Under the pieces are notes generated by a model that made no database searches, was not told the DNA's origin, and worked only from the letters and a program-made list of their open reading frames with translations. This document shows, piece by piece, positions 25,206-37,763 of a stretch of DNA of 63,493 nucleotides (position 1 is its first letter; each line of letters opens with the position of its first letter). Source of the DNA: Octopus bimaculoides (lineage: Eukaryota); NCBI RefSeq assembly GCF_001194135.2, contig NC_068992.1:11726339-11789831 (forward strand), read 5' to 3'. Both the position numbers and the translations under genes were made by a program.

Positions 25206-27689
25206 AGTAGTATTGTCATGTTGCTCAATTAAGTGACACTGTATGCATATACGCACGTGTTCTTGTGTGCTTGTGTGTGTGTTTCTCTTTTTTCGGGAGT
25301 GATAGTATATAAAATATGTTCTGTAAACGGAAGGAGCACAAAATAAATAAATGATATAAAACGAACCAAAGTAGATATATTAAAATATAATACACACACA
25401 GACACTCACGTGCTATATACACACTCATTCATAAATTTTACACACATACACAGACATACGAATGAATGTATGTATGTATACTGAGAAATGTGGAGGAGAA
25501 AGGTAAAAAGAGAGAAAGAAAGGTAAAAAAGAGAGAGTGAGAGAAAGGTAAAAAAGAGAGAGACAGAAAGAGAGACAGAGAACGCAAAATGGTATTGTTT
25601 CCTAACAGTAGTCACGTAATATCCGCTACATTAAACGGCCAGTTACATTCTAACCACGACGAGGCGAAACTGAATAGTGTCAGAACGGTGACAACCTTTC
25701 AAGCATTTACTACAGGTACTGAGTATTAGTACGTGTCTAACTCGTAATACACGCACATTCGCATGCGCACATAGACATACACACATACACACGTACATAC
25801 ATACATCTGCGCGCGCGCGTGTGTATAAAGACTCACACAAATATATTCGCATTATACACACAACAATGAAAACGGCCGGAGATATAATGAAGTTAGTAAC
25901 TGTTAGTACGTGATTAAATAGAATTAAAAGGCGCACAAACACGCAAACATACACACATGAATGCATACACACGCAACATATGTACGTATATATGTACGAG
26001 CATGTGTGTGTTGTATGTATATAGACACACATACACACACACATTTGCGCACATGAACGCACAGCAAGAGAAACGGCTAGACATATTAATGTAGTAACGG
26101 TCAAAAAGACCGACTATCGATATATACATAGTTGGATGGTTTTAGACATTGGATAGCTTTTGTAGTCTAGGTTCGATTGATTCCCGGTTGTTATTTCGTG
26201 AAAATTTGTGGAACAAATTATCGACCCAGTCAACGTAATGCTAATTGTTTGACAGTATTTAATTTCATTCATTCACATCACGAGTTCAAACCCCGCTGCA
26301 GCTAGTGTTCCTTTGATAATTCTCCGGAGTGAATCTAATATACTAAACAGACATTTAAGTTGAATTAGTTACGCTTCTAATTTTATACAAAACTCTGCTT
26401 GTCTCCAAGAAGAAAGAAATTAAAATTCTTAATATTCCTAATTCTAATTTCCATCGCAGCTAACATGATGTCTAACTTATTAAAAGTGAAAATTTCGGGT
26501 ATCCAGTCTTTCCTACAATACACCCTCACGAAATTTGGTCTACTTCCAGAATAGGAACCAAAATTCTATCTGTTTAAGCAATGGAATTTTCGAAGTTGTA
26601 CAATAAGTGATTTAATTTCAGACTGTGTATAAACTGAAGCAAATAAGTTGAAGAAGCACCATTTCAATCATTCAGAAATACACAAAATCTGTTTAAATTA
26701 AAATTTTCTTTATATCGTGAAGTGCTAGAGTCTTCGTTGCGCAGCTGCGCGCTTGTCAGAGGCGCAATTATACAACAATATAATTTTCTTTCCTCTTTAG
26801 CCATTCGTGGTTTTAATTAGTTTCAGAAAGAAAAAAAAAACATTTTGTCGATCTTTTAAGAGGGCAAACGAAACAGACCATACCATCTATTGGCATTAGA
26901 TCTATTAATTTTATTTGACGACCACGCACTTGCTGTCTTGATTGCTCACTGCATTACTTACTTTATATATTCTGTATAACTAACTACTCCTTAATCTCGA
27001 ATACCCAGAAAATAGAAATCTTTCCCATATTCCCTATCAAAGAATGTAGTTATTCACTGTATAGTCGCTGGCTTCAAATAATTCTTTTCTGACAAGCTTG
27101 CTCTTCTGTAATTCTCTAACGTGTTTTTCTGCTTCACATCAAAAACGACACAAAGTTATTGTTTATGGTTATATTAGACAGATGTCAGCTCAATTCTCAA
27201 AATTCTGTAAATATACATATCTAAGTATATTTTCCAAAATAATTTTCTAATTTTCCACAATAACTTTCAATTAATTTTCTTCTTATTTTCCCGGCATCGC
27301 ATTTACTTAAATTTCCAAATTCCAGATTTCATTTCAATGGTTTCATTAAACCTAAAAATTGTTTGAATTAAAGGGATACTCTGATACACGTGCTTTACAA
27401 TTCTGTTTCAAGCGATCCATAAATTGAATATAATCGATTTAATTAGCTCGGATTTGATTACATAACAATTCCTTTCCTTCCATTATGGTTGCAATGTTAG
27501 TTATTATCAAACATAGAACGAAATTGTAAGAGTTATCATCGTTGAATTTCTTGTGACAATAATAAAAATAATACCATGCACCAATATAGGATCCTTTATG
27601 TTAGAAGTTATGAAAACAGCAAATACCAGCACCAGCACCCACCAGCCACCCAAATATTTGGGGGTGATACTCTCCTCTTTCTTTCTTAG

Positions 27690-27778
27690 GAGCTGGACTC
27701 GTTTAAGTAATCGTTCGATTTACAAGAAGACGTAGCCAAATATTTCAAATTATACCTTACCATTGTTAAAAAAACAAT
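27690..27778 (+). other. Candidate non-coding (5' UTR) exon
   Basis: Acceptor CTCTCCTCTTTCTTTCTTAG and donor AAT|GTAAGT; all three frames contain stops. Confidence 0.4.
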
Positions 27779-27815
27779 GTAAGTGTTGGTTATTGTAGTA
27801 AATATAACAGTTTCT

Positions 27816-28047
27816 TATTTCTTTACTGCCCACAAGGGGCTGCACACAGAGGGGACAAACAAGGACAGACAAATGGATTAAGTCGATTATATCGATACCA
27901 GTGCGTAACTGGTACTCATTTAATCGACCCCGATAGGATGAAAGGCAAAGTCAACATCGGCGGAATTTGAACTCAGAACGTAAAGTCAGACGAAATACCG
28001 CTAAGCATTTCGCCCGACGTGCTAACGTTTCTGCCAACTCGCCACCT
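27816..28047 (-). mobile_element. tRNA-derived SINE (working family A), full length, 17-bp TSD
   Basis: The minus-strand head carries A-box-like TGGCAGAAACG and B-box-like GAGTTCAAATTCC. TSD TAAATATAACAGTTTCT lies at 27799-27815 and 28048-28064. Confidence 0.9.
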
Positions 28048-28447
28048 TAAATATAACAGTTTCTATCCATATCTTGCAGATTTAAAGGGCTTCTCCATTA
28101 AAAGGTACTTGAGTAACTTCGCGCTGGGAACCACCGTCTTATCAAGTCAGCTATTTTGAACTCCAGAGTCGTATGAAAGTTAAAGCGTCCGTCAATCCAC
28201 AGATGCAGAGGTTAAGTTCACCTGATACCGGAGCAGGCACTACATATGCTGCATTCTGAGTTTTAGTTGGATGGTTAGAGCGCCGAACTCTAGTTTAAAT
28301 ACAGTTCTTTGATTAGTGGTGGCAGGACCATGACAAGCAAGCTTAGAAGGTGATTTGTTCATTAAAGGAGATTAGTTCACTTGCACTCCATGTAGCTGCT
28401 TTATAGGGCAGTTAGAGCTAGCTAATCCATAGCCGTCCAGCTCCAAC

Positions 28448-28541
28448 ATGGTCACGACTGGAACCCCTTCTGCTCACACATACAAACTAAAGAATAACAC
28501 GGTAGCAAATCATCAAAAGAAAATAGTTGTTTTCTTTTCTG
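28448..28541 (+). CDS. Candidate first coding exon (phase-1 exit), unknown protein
   Basis: CCAACATGG start context with an in-frame stop six codons upstream; reads MVTTGTPSAHTYKLKNNTVANHQKKIVVFFS; strong donor CTG|GTAAGT at 28542. No downstream exon can be linked with confidence. Confidence 0.35.
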
Positions 28542-29794
28542 GTAAGTGATCTTGTTTATCAGAAAGTATCAATTTCCTTATGTTTTCTTTTGCTCCTATT
28601 GTCTTAAAACATTCTATTTTGTTAGAAACGAGAAATCAGCACTTTATTATCGATCCATGCTATTGTGACGTTTTTATTAATCTTTTTATAATTCTGGTGT
28701 GTTAATTGATTTATCTTGTCCTCGTTTCCACTGTTGTTTCTATGAAACAACTTCTCTGATTGCAATTTAATCTAGACGTCTAGATACTTATTAATTAATA
28801 CTATTTATTAATACTTCCCGCTGTGCCTCTTGGGAAGAATTTCAACACCAGCGTTGTCAAGAACATTTACCAACCGAAAATTATCTAATGAGTTGCTTTT
28901 GTTTCGGTCCTTCCAACATAAAACTGTCCAAGTGTGTATGTTCTGCACTCTTTCAATGGTTTCCCAACTCATATTGTATCATGACATTTCAAAGAAAGTC
29001 AAAAGTGAGTTTTCGCCGGTTATATACTCATGTTTGAAATACTTCCAAAAATATCATTTCTATCCGAAACTACAAATTGATTGCTTTTGAAAAAAAAAAA
29101 AAAAAAAATGCATATTTAATTATTCAGTTATTATGTTATACCAAGAAGATAGATTTTTGTTTGTAAAGTCCCCAAAATTTCACAAACATACATGGTTTGC
29201 TACAATGCAGAAGTTTCATGCTCCAGCATGGACACAGTCAAATGACTGAAACATTCATACATATATGTTTATATTTAAGTATGAATTAGATGCAGCGCTA
29301 GTTTTGTAAATATTGTCAACCATACATACTCAACGTGTACAATCTGCTTGTTTGTCGGTAAGCTATGAATTAGCGCTGTGGGGTGACTTCCTCAAAGTAC
29401 CGGATGTAAAAACACTTGAAAATCATTGACANNNNNNNNNNNNNNNNNNNNNNNNNNNNNNNNNNNNNNNNNNNNNNNNNNNNNNNNNNNNNNNNNNNNN
29501 NNNNNNNNNNNNNNNNNNNNNNNNNNNNNNNNNNNNNNNNNNNNNNNNNNNNNNNNNNNNNNNNNNNNNNNNNNNNNNNNNNNNNNNNNNNNNNNNNNNN
29601 NNNNNNNNNNNNNNNNNNNNNNNNNNNNNNNNNNNNNNNNNNNNNNNNNNNNNNNNNNNNNNNNNNNNNNNNNNNNNNNNNNNNNNNNNNNNNNNNNNNN
29701 NNNNNNNNNNNNNNNNNNNNNNNNNNNNNNNNNNNNNNNNNNNNNNNNNNNNNNNNNNNNNNNNNNNNNNNNNNNNNNNNNNNNNNNNNNNNNN

Positions 29795-29852
<58 letters not shown>

Positions 29853-31921
29853 ACACACGCACACATACACACATGTACGTATGTATATGTACTTTGACGA
29901 TAATGTTAGTGATAAACTTATATAACACACTGTAGAATAACAAATGAATTAATTAGCGAATATTATTCGTTTAATTATTTTATGATCTCAAAGGGATTCA
30001 ACGAGATTTCCCTTCACGCTTTGAAGCCATCATTACTCACCTGAATGATTAAGGAATCGACAATTAATTCTACTTAGCTTTTTAATGCTCTTTACATTAA
30101 ATACATTAATATTACCACAACTATTATTTGCCACATGTGCGGCGTTTCCCAGCTGTTTATTCTCGATACAGTTCTATATTCCAAAGTTAACCAGTACACA
30201 ATATTATACACATATGTACAGAATCTTTCTTCAGGTACAGTAAAGGTAATGTTTCTCTAATGAGGCCATAGAATCGAAACGTACTCGAAATTGTCCTCCT
30301 CCTCTTCTTGCCGAAAAATAAAAAAATTAGTCATTAACCAATGTGTTTTTTTTTTTTTTGCTTTACCGCATAATTATTTCTTGTTAGTGATTTCATGCTC
30401 CCCAAATTAACCCTAAATTAATCGTTGTGTTTTCAAAGATCACAAGAGTATTTTTAAGCTATGATCAACCGTTTGTACTGACGGAAATGAAATGGCGAAA
30501 ATGCATTAATATGCACAGCGCAAGGAATAAAGAAAAAAAAGGTATCCTATAGGGATTATTATAACGGAAACACAGAATTTAAATGGTAACACTGGCAGTA
30601 ACAGCAACGATGATGACGAAAACCAATTTTGCTCAAACATCACCGACGAAAATTTTCACAAAATAATTTGGGTTCTGTTACTCGTCTTAAAAGACAAGTC
30701 TTTATTGAATTTATGTAAGAATAATTGTTGTATCATGGAGCAATGTATCACTGTTTATGGCGTATGACTGATTAATGCATACAAACTGTTGCAGCCAGCA
30801 TCTCTGGTGAGTTACCAATATTGCTAAGTGCAAGAGTCGGTACGAAACCAACAGAAAAATTCTGATCCCCTGTAAGGCATAACCATAATATTCTATTATA
30901 TTTTCTCTCTCTATCACTCTCTATCTCTGTTTCTCTCTCTCTCTCTCTCTCTCTCTNNNNNNNNNNNNNNNNNNNNNNNNNNNNNNNNNNNNNNNNNNNN
31001 NNNNNNNNNNNNNNNNNNNNNNNNNNNNNNNNNNNNNNNNNNNNNNNNNNNNNNNNNNNNNNNNNNNNNNNNNNNNNNNNNNNNNNNNNNNNNNNNNNNN
31101 NNNNNNNNNNNNNNNNNNNNNNNNNNNNNNNNNNNNNNNNNNNNNNNNNNNNNNNNNNNNNNNNNNNNNNNNNNNNNNNNNNNNNNNNNNNNNNNNNNNN
31201 NNNNNNNNNNNNNNNNNNNNNNNNNNNNNNNNNNNNNNNNNNNNNNNNNNNNNNNNNNNNNNNNNNNNNNNNNNNNNNNNNNNNNNNNNNNNNNNNNNNN
31301 NNNNNNNNNNNNNNNNNNNNNNNNNNNNNNNNNNNNNNNNNNNNNNNNNNNNNNNNNNNNNNNNNNNNNNNNNNNNNNNNNNNNNNNNNNNNNNNNNNNN
31401 NNNNNNNNNNNNNNNNNNNNNNNNNNNNNNNNNNNNNNNNNNNNNNNNNNNNNNNNNNNNNNNNNNNNNNNNNNNNNNNNNNNNNNNNNNNNNNNNNNNN
31501 NNNNNNNNNNNNNNNNNNNNNNNNNNNNNNNNNNNNNNNNNNNNNNNNNNNNNNNNNNNNNNNNNNNNNNNNNNNNNNNNNNTATATATATATGGTGCAG
31601 GCGTAGCTGTGTATAGGCGCAGACGTGGCCGTGTGGTAAGAAGCTTTGTTTCCAGCCACATGGTTCCAGGTTCAGTCCCACTGCGTGGCATCTTGGGCAA
31701 CTGTCTTCTACTATAGCCTCGGTCCGACCAAAGCCTTGTGAGGAACGATATCTAGTCTCCTAATAAATACATCTATGAAATGTCCATGAAGCAGGGCAAT
31801 TTCTTTATGTATCATATAGAAGTAACTTTTGACGCTGCATCCGAATTTGTTATTCATTTATTCTCGAAAAATTTTACAAAAATGTTACAGGTGTTCAAAG
31901 TTTGATAATTTTCAGAATGTT

Positions 31922-32002
31922 CAGCCAATCAGAAAACAGCGCGTTAGCTGCTTCTTCCATCATCTGTCACAATAGCGAGAAAGCGGGAAGTGTGGAGGGC
32001 GG
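31922..32002. promoter_or_regulatory. Candidate promoter with CCAAT box, ETS-like site and GC box
   Basis: CAGCCAATCAG (31922-31932), GGGAAGTG (31985-31992) and GGGCGG (31997-32002) within 80 bp of locally CpG-rich unique sequence. Confidence 0.35.
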
Positions 32003-32190
32003 ACACTGTCATGTCAAAACATTAAACTAGCTACACAGTATACAGTGAAGAAATATTAAGATTCGCGAGTAAATTAAATATTTAAAAGCTACGAGCAACT
32101 AGAACAGCATTGTGGCGAGTGACGATAATCACAAAGATCCTACACACACACACAAACACACATACACACACACACATATGTACAGAATAC

Positions 32191-32191
<1 letters not shown>

Positions 32192-32256
<65 letters not shown>

Positions 32257-32267
32257 CGAGAGAAAGA

Positions 32268-32346
<79 letters not shown>
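32192..32346. repeat. (GA)n microsatellite
   Basis: Seen directly. Other GA runs lie at 43100-43175 and 54210-54270. Confidence 0.95.
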
Positions 32347-32351
<5 letters not shown>

Positions 32352-32949
32352 GTAAAAAGTGGCATGATCTTGCCGTCAAACGACAAACAGTAAAGTGTGT
32401 TATTTGGGATTGTGTAGTATTTAGAACTGAGAAAATGGCTAAAGGTCAAGTTGAAATTGTAAGGCACCGATCTTATTTGTGTTGCCAAAATCCTGAACCT
32501 ACGAAATACAACGGTGACCGACAGAGCAGCGGTCATGTCATTGACACCTTGGATGGTTAATACGTTTGTAGGAGGAGGAGGAGGAGAGGGGAGGAGCTAC
32601 AACAGCAGCCGCAGTAGCAGCAGTAACAGTAGTAGTAATAGTAGTAGTAGTAGTAGTAGTAGAACTTTTGGAAGAGTAAATTGCTAGAACTGGGGGAATT
32701 ACAAGTGTTACAGTTGTTCAATTGGTAGAAACGCCTCATCTTCAGCGTTAAAATCCCTGCTTGAATCGACTTCGATTCGCAATTCTCCCCCCCCCCCATT
32801 TTCGTTTTCGATAAAGGAAATACAAGTCATGAACTGGGATCGATTTTTAATCAGATGTGCCCCCTATGTTATGACTTTGTGGATTTGTGCCAATGTTAAA
32901 AGAAAGGAAAAAGAAAAAGAATGATTTTTTTTAATGGTCGATCAAACGC

Positions 32950-33016
32950 AGTGTGGTCGTCTTCGTCGTCAACATTATCATTGTCATCACCACCATTGTC
33001 GTCGCTGTCGTCGTCG

Positions 33017-33048
<32 letters not shown>

Positions 33049-33363
33049 GTCATCATCATCATCATCATCATCCTCATCAGTCATCGTCGTCGTCGTTGTC
33101 ATCATCATCATCAGTCACCGTCATCATATTCCTCATCCTCATTCTCATCGTCGTCATCGTTGTCATCATCATCATCATCATCATCACTACTACCATCATA
33201 CTCATCAGTCATCGTCATCATCATCACCATCATCATCATCATCGCTGTCATCATCATCATCACCATCATCGTCATCGTCGTATTCGTCATCATCATCATC
33301 ATCACCCTCTTCTTCCTCCTCCTCATCCTCATCAGCATCACCACCACAACAACCACAACCACA

Positions 33364-33397
<34 letters not shown>

Positions 33398-33500
33398 TCA
33401 TCATCAGTCATCATCATCATCATCGCTGTCATCATCATCATCATCATCATCGTCATCGTCGTCGTCGTCGTTAGCGACATCAACGCCGTCATCACCAAGA
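32950..33500. repeat. Compound trinucleotide array (CAT/CGT/CAC/CTC)n
   Basis: About 550 bp of interleaved CAT-family triplets; it produces the poly-His/Ser/Ile and poly-Asp/Met ORFs in the track. Confidence 0.95.
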
Positions 33501-34328
33501 CCACCATAACCGCTGTTGCCCTCGTTATTGATTCATTTTCTCTTTCTGATAACTTCTTTTCGTTTTCCTTTCATTTTCCCCCTTTCTTAAGATTTTCATG
33601 CTAGTTATTCATTTTGTTAATGTTAAACATTGCTTTGATCAGTCGAAATTTAAAAACCAGCTGTGAATAACTGTTTAATTGTTCAGGAAGAGGAACATTG
33701 TGTATATACAGACGACTGTGAGTGCATATGTACGGGTGCATTATTATATATTTATTTATTTATGAAACTTTTCTTAGATCTGTCAGTTGGAAGTTTATAA
33801 CCGAATCCGTTTCACATATTCCACGTTAAATTTACAACGAAATTCTAAATAGTGATACACCGTTTACGAATTTATGCATCCGGTGTTCTTAGGAGTCTAA
33901 AACACACAGGCACGCATGCGCACGCACGCACATATACACACAAATTTATGTAAATATGTAAATACATACATATATATATATTTACACATTTAAGTATGTT
34001 TATATATGTATATATACACACACATATATACTATACAAATACACATAAATCTATGTATATATATATATATGTATATGCATATATATGTATATTTATATTT
34101 AAATACATATATATATATGCTACTTATACACGTTCTATCCATCAATGCAATATTGAGCACTCACTTTCATTGTTCAACATTTACGTGTATATATATATAT
34201 ATANNNNNNNNNNNNNNNNNNNNNNNNNNNNNNNNNNNNNNNNNNNNNNNNNNNNNNNNNNNNNNNNNNNNNNNNNNNNNNNNNNNNNNNNNNNNNNNNN
34301 NNNATATATATATACACATACACACAGG

Positions 34329-34364
<36 letters not shown>

Positions 34365-35124
34365 TCAGACCTGCATTGTACGGCTGAAGATGTTTCCATT
34401 AACAAATCTCATTGACAAAAGTAGTTCTATAACAGGAATATTTTCCTTCCTCCCTTCCTGCCTTCTTTCTTTCTTTCTTTTACTCAATTTGAAAAAAAAA
34501 AAGAAAACAAAAAACGGCTCTTCGAAAACGGTCACAGAAAAAGAAGATGGCAAAAAGACAAGAGAGATGCAAATGCTATAAAAATAGTTGCGATATGAGA
34601 AGAAATAAATTACTCTCCAGATTTACCTTTGATGTAATTTCTTCTTCTGAAGTTTTCCTCCATTGACTAAACGTCCTCAAAATTGACAACGACAACGGTA
34701 AGAAGACGATAATTAAATTGCACAGACGCTCGTTTTAAACGACATCATTAAAAACAACGTGATCAAGAGAATTGTCACATTTGCGTAGAAATTAATGTCA
34801 GCATGGAGTTATGACCTGGTTACAACAGAGATTTAAACTTCAATCTCTATACTAATAATTGCAGTGTTGCTTTTTCTTCTCTTCCCTCCCCTGCTGTTGA
34901 GGCAGGGATCAACAGGGAAGGAAGCAAATGAATGAAGGCACACGCGAAAGAAACACTCTTGAACTGTATTAATAATATCTCAGGGCGAGAGTTTCTTTAG
35001 ACAAATTGCATCGTAGAAGTCATAACGGTGCATATATTTCTTTCTGTTTTTTTGTTTCATTTGTCGCATATATCGGGGCCGACAGTAATAAAGCTCAAGA
35101 GCAACAACAAATAACAATAATAAT

Positions 35125-36530
35125 GGCTTTAAATTTTGGTACAAGTTCAGCAATTCCAAGAAGGATGTATGTCGATTACATCGACCCCAGTGCTCAACCG
35201 GTACTTATTTTATTAAGCTGTAGAGGATGAAAGGCATAGTCAACCTCGGTGGAATTTGAGTTCAGAACATAAAGACGGATGAAATGCCATTAAGCGTTTT
35301 GTTCGGCGTAATAATGATTCTGCTAACTTGTCGCTTTAATAATAATAATAATAATTCTACTCCTAAGGCGGTGAGCTGGGAGAATCGTTAGCACGCCGGG
35401 CAAAATGCTGAGCAGTATTTTGTCTATCTTTATGGTCTGAGTTCAAATACCACCGACGTCGACTTTACCTTTCATCCTTTCAGGGTCGATAACTTAAGTA
35501 CCAGTTGCCTACTGAGGTCGATATAATCGACTGGCCCCTTCCCCAAAAATTTCGGGCCTTGTGCCTAGAGTAGAAAAGAAAAATAGTTCTACTCCTATAT
35601 TTTACTCCAGTGTCACTTTGATGGCATGCACTGTTCTCTCACTCAATAATAATAATGATAATAATAATAATGATAATAATTGTTATTATTATAATCCTTC
35701 CTACTTTAGACACAAGGGCTAAAATTTGCGGGGACAGAGGTCTGCCGATTACAAGTATTTCATCAACCCCGAAAAGTTAAACGGATGCTAACGATTCTGC
35801 CTGCTCACCAGCTTTAATGGTTTCAAATTTTTGGAACAAGGCCAGCAATGTTGAAGGAAATGGCTTAGTCGATACCACCTATTTCAGTCCTTGACTTGTA
35901 ACTTAAATTATTGACCCTTGAGGGATGAAATGCAAAGTTGACTGCGGCGAGACTTGAACCTAGAACGTACAACCGGAAGAAATGCCGCTGGCTATTTTGG
36001 TTGATACGCTATCGATTCTACCAGTTCGTTGCTTGTGTTAACAGCCTCTGTTAAGCTTCTGATTAATGTTAAACGCTAGCAAATAGAGGGGGGGGGGGAA
36101 TTAATCGATAGCATTGACAGCTGTAGGTGGTTGATGCTCATTTTATTGACCCTAGGGGAATGAAAGATAAAGTCGACCATTGCTGATTATTTCGAACTTA
36201 GAACGTAATTAAGTGGAAGAAATGCCACAAAGCGTTTTTTCCGACGCTCAATCGATTCTGCCGATCCGTTGCTCTCAATAATCGTTTCTAACATAGAAGG
36301 CACAAAGCTGGAAAATTGTAAGAAGGGGACAGTCGATTAAGTCGACGTCAGAATTTGACTGCTACTTTTATCTTATCGAACAAAGAAAGACGGAAGGCAC
36401 AGGGGAATCGAACTTCTTGCTTAAAGAAATGGAGCAAACCCTGCAAGTTTTATTTCCAGACGCTCTAACGATTCTACTAGTCCACTGCCCGTAATTTCTT
36501 ATACAGACACAAATCCAGATATTTTAGGGT
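35125..36530. mobile_element. Cluster of about six or seven family A SINE copies and fragments
   Basis: Recurrent GTCGATTACATCGAC, GGATGAAAGGCAAAGTCGAC and GAACTCAGAACGTAA cores at ~35170, 35460, 35750, 35880, 36120 and 36330, mostly on the minus strand and increasingly diverged. Confidence 0.75.
35366..35586 (+). mobile_element. Family A SINE with 11-bp TSD
   Basis: Head AGGCGGTGAGCTGGGAGAATCGTTAGC...GAGTTCAAATACC; TSD TTCTACTCCTA at 35355-35365 and 35587-35597. Confidence 0.85.
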
Positions 36531-36719
36531 AAGGAACTGTCGAATATGCAGACTCTAGTACTTAAGTCGTACTTTATTTCACAGATTTCGGACGGATGAA
36601 AGACAAATTTTGTTCCAGAAGGATTTGATTATAGTATGCAAAATAAACGATAAACGTCGCCCTTTCAAAGCCTAGCCAGGCTCATGGGCCCGGTTTCCCG
36701 GTTTCTATGGCGTATGTGA

Positions 36720-36839
36720 AGTTGCTTGTTGAAATCCTCATCACTACTGAAAATTGTTTTGGCTGAATGCTTCTGCGGGCCGCAGAAAACTTTGTGGCGG
36801 GCCACATGCAGCCTGCGGGCCGTAAATTGCCCACCCCTG
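36720..36839. mobile_element. hAT/Charlie-type non-autonomous element terminus
   Basis: GCGGGCCGCA...GCGGGCCACATGCAGCCTGCGGGCCGTAAATTGCCCACCCCTG is the reverse complement of a CAGGGGTGGGCAA-type hAT TIR with GCGGGCC subterminal repeats. The other end is not found. Confidence 0.65.
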
Positions 36840-37012
36840 CATTAACTAAACTTAAAACAAGCATTTGAGTCAATTATCTGAGAATATTTTCGAGAAAAAA
36901 CCCAAACTATCTTCGATTACAAGTCGTTCTCGTATGAGTAAAATACTCCGAGTGATAGCATTGACTAAGCGAATCCTTCGAAATTGTTAGCCTTGTGACT
37001 AAATCAGAAGCC

Positions 37013-37280
37013 ATTATTATTTATTCCTTTTATCTCAGGTTATGTTGGAACTCCTGGATTCTTGCATGCGTAGCGGGCTTGCTACCTGCAGCCTATTTTC
37101 TCTGATCTTTTCAACAATCTAATACTTTCCCGATTACTCTGGCTGTTCCAAGGAGGTGAACCTTCTGTAACCGTTCTTTTGGGCGCTCTATTCCGATATC
37201 CTTTATATTCCTTCTGATGCCTTCTGATGCTGTCCCCAAATAACCAACAATAATTGGCACTATCTTCACCTTCTTCATAT
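37013..37280 (-). mobile_element. Short 3' fragment of a second RLE-clade (R4/Dong-like) non-LTR retrotransposon
   Basis: Minus strand reads MKKVKIVPIIVGYLGTASEGIRRNIKDIGIERPKERLQKVHLLGTARVIGKVLDC*, which is the canonical RLE C-terminus (VPIIVGALG...LQK..LLGTARI..KVL). A short 3' UTR follows and ends in AATAAATAATAAT. The fragment is flanked by (TAA)/(ATC) repeats. Confidence 0.85.
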
Positions 37281-37299
37281 CATCATCATCATTATTATA

Positions 37300-37335
<36 letters not shown>

Positions 37336-37626
37336 GTTGTTGTCGTTGTTGTTGTACTAGTTAAGTAATACAGTCAATGTAATTGACTAACGCCTTTCTA
37401 AAACTTTTCTGGCCTTGTGACTCAATTTTAAATGAAAACACAGTGGAATGGTAGGATTGTTAGAGCGTCGGAGAGAAATGCTTGACTAATATTTTGTTCC
37501 GGTGAGTCGAAATGTCGCCGAGGTCATCTGTCGATGAAAACATAGTCCCTGACCAGTAGTACACTGGATAATATCGACCATGCCCTGCTCTCGAAACTGC
37601 TGGCTGGCCTTGAGCCCAAAATTAGA

Positions 37627-37677
<51 letters not shown>

Positions 37678-37732
37678 CATAATAATGTTCATAATAATAA
37701 TAATAATAATAATATTCATAAAAATAATAATG

Positions 37733-37763
<31 letters not shown>

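Noticed and set aside
32921-33604. Poly-His/Ser/Ile and poly-Asp/Met ORFs (also 47528-48174 and 9327-9654)
   Set aside because: Several frames on both strands are open simply because CAT-family triplet arrays lack stops; there are no splice signals or unique domains.
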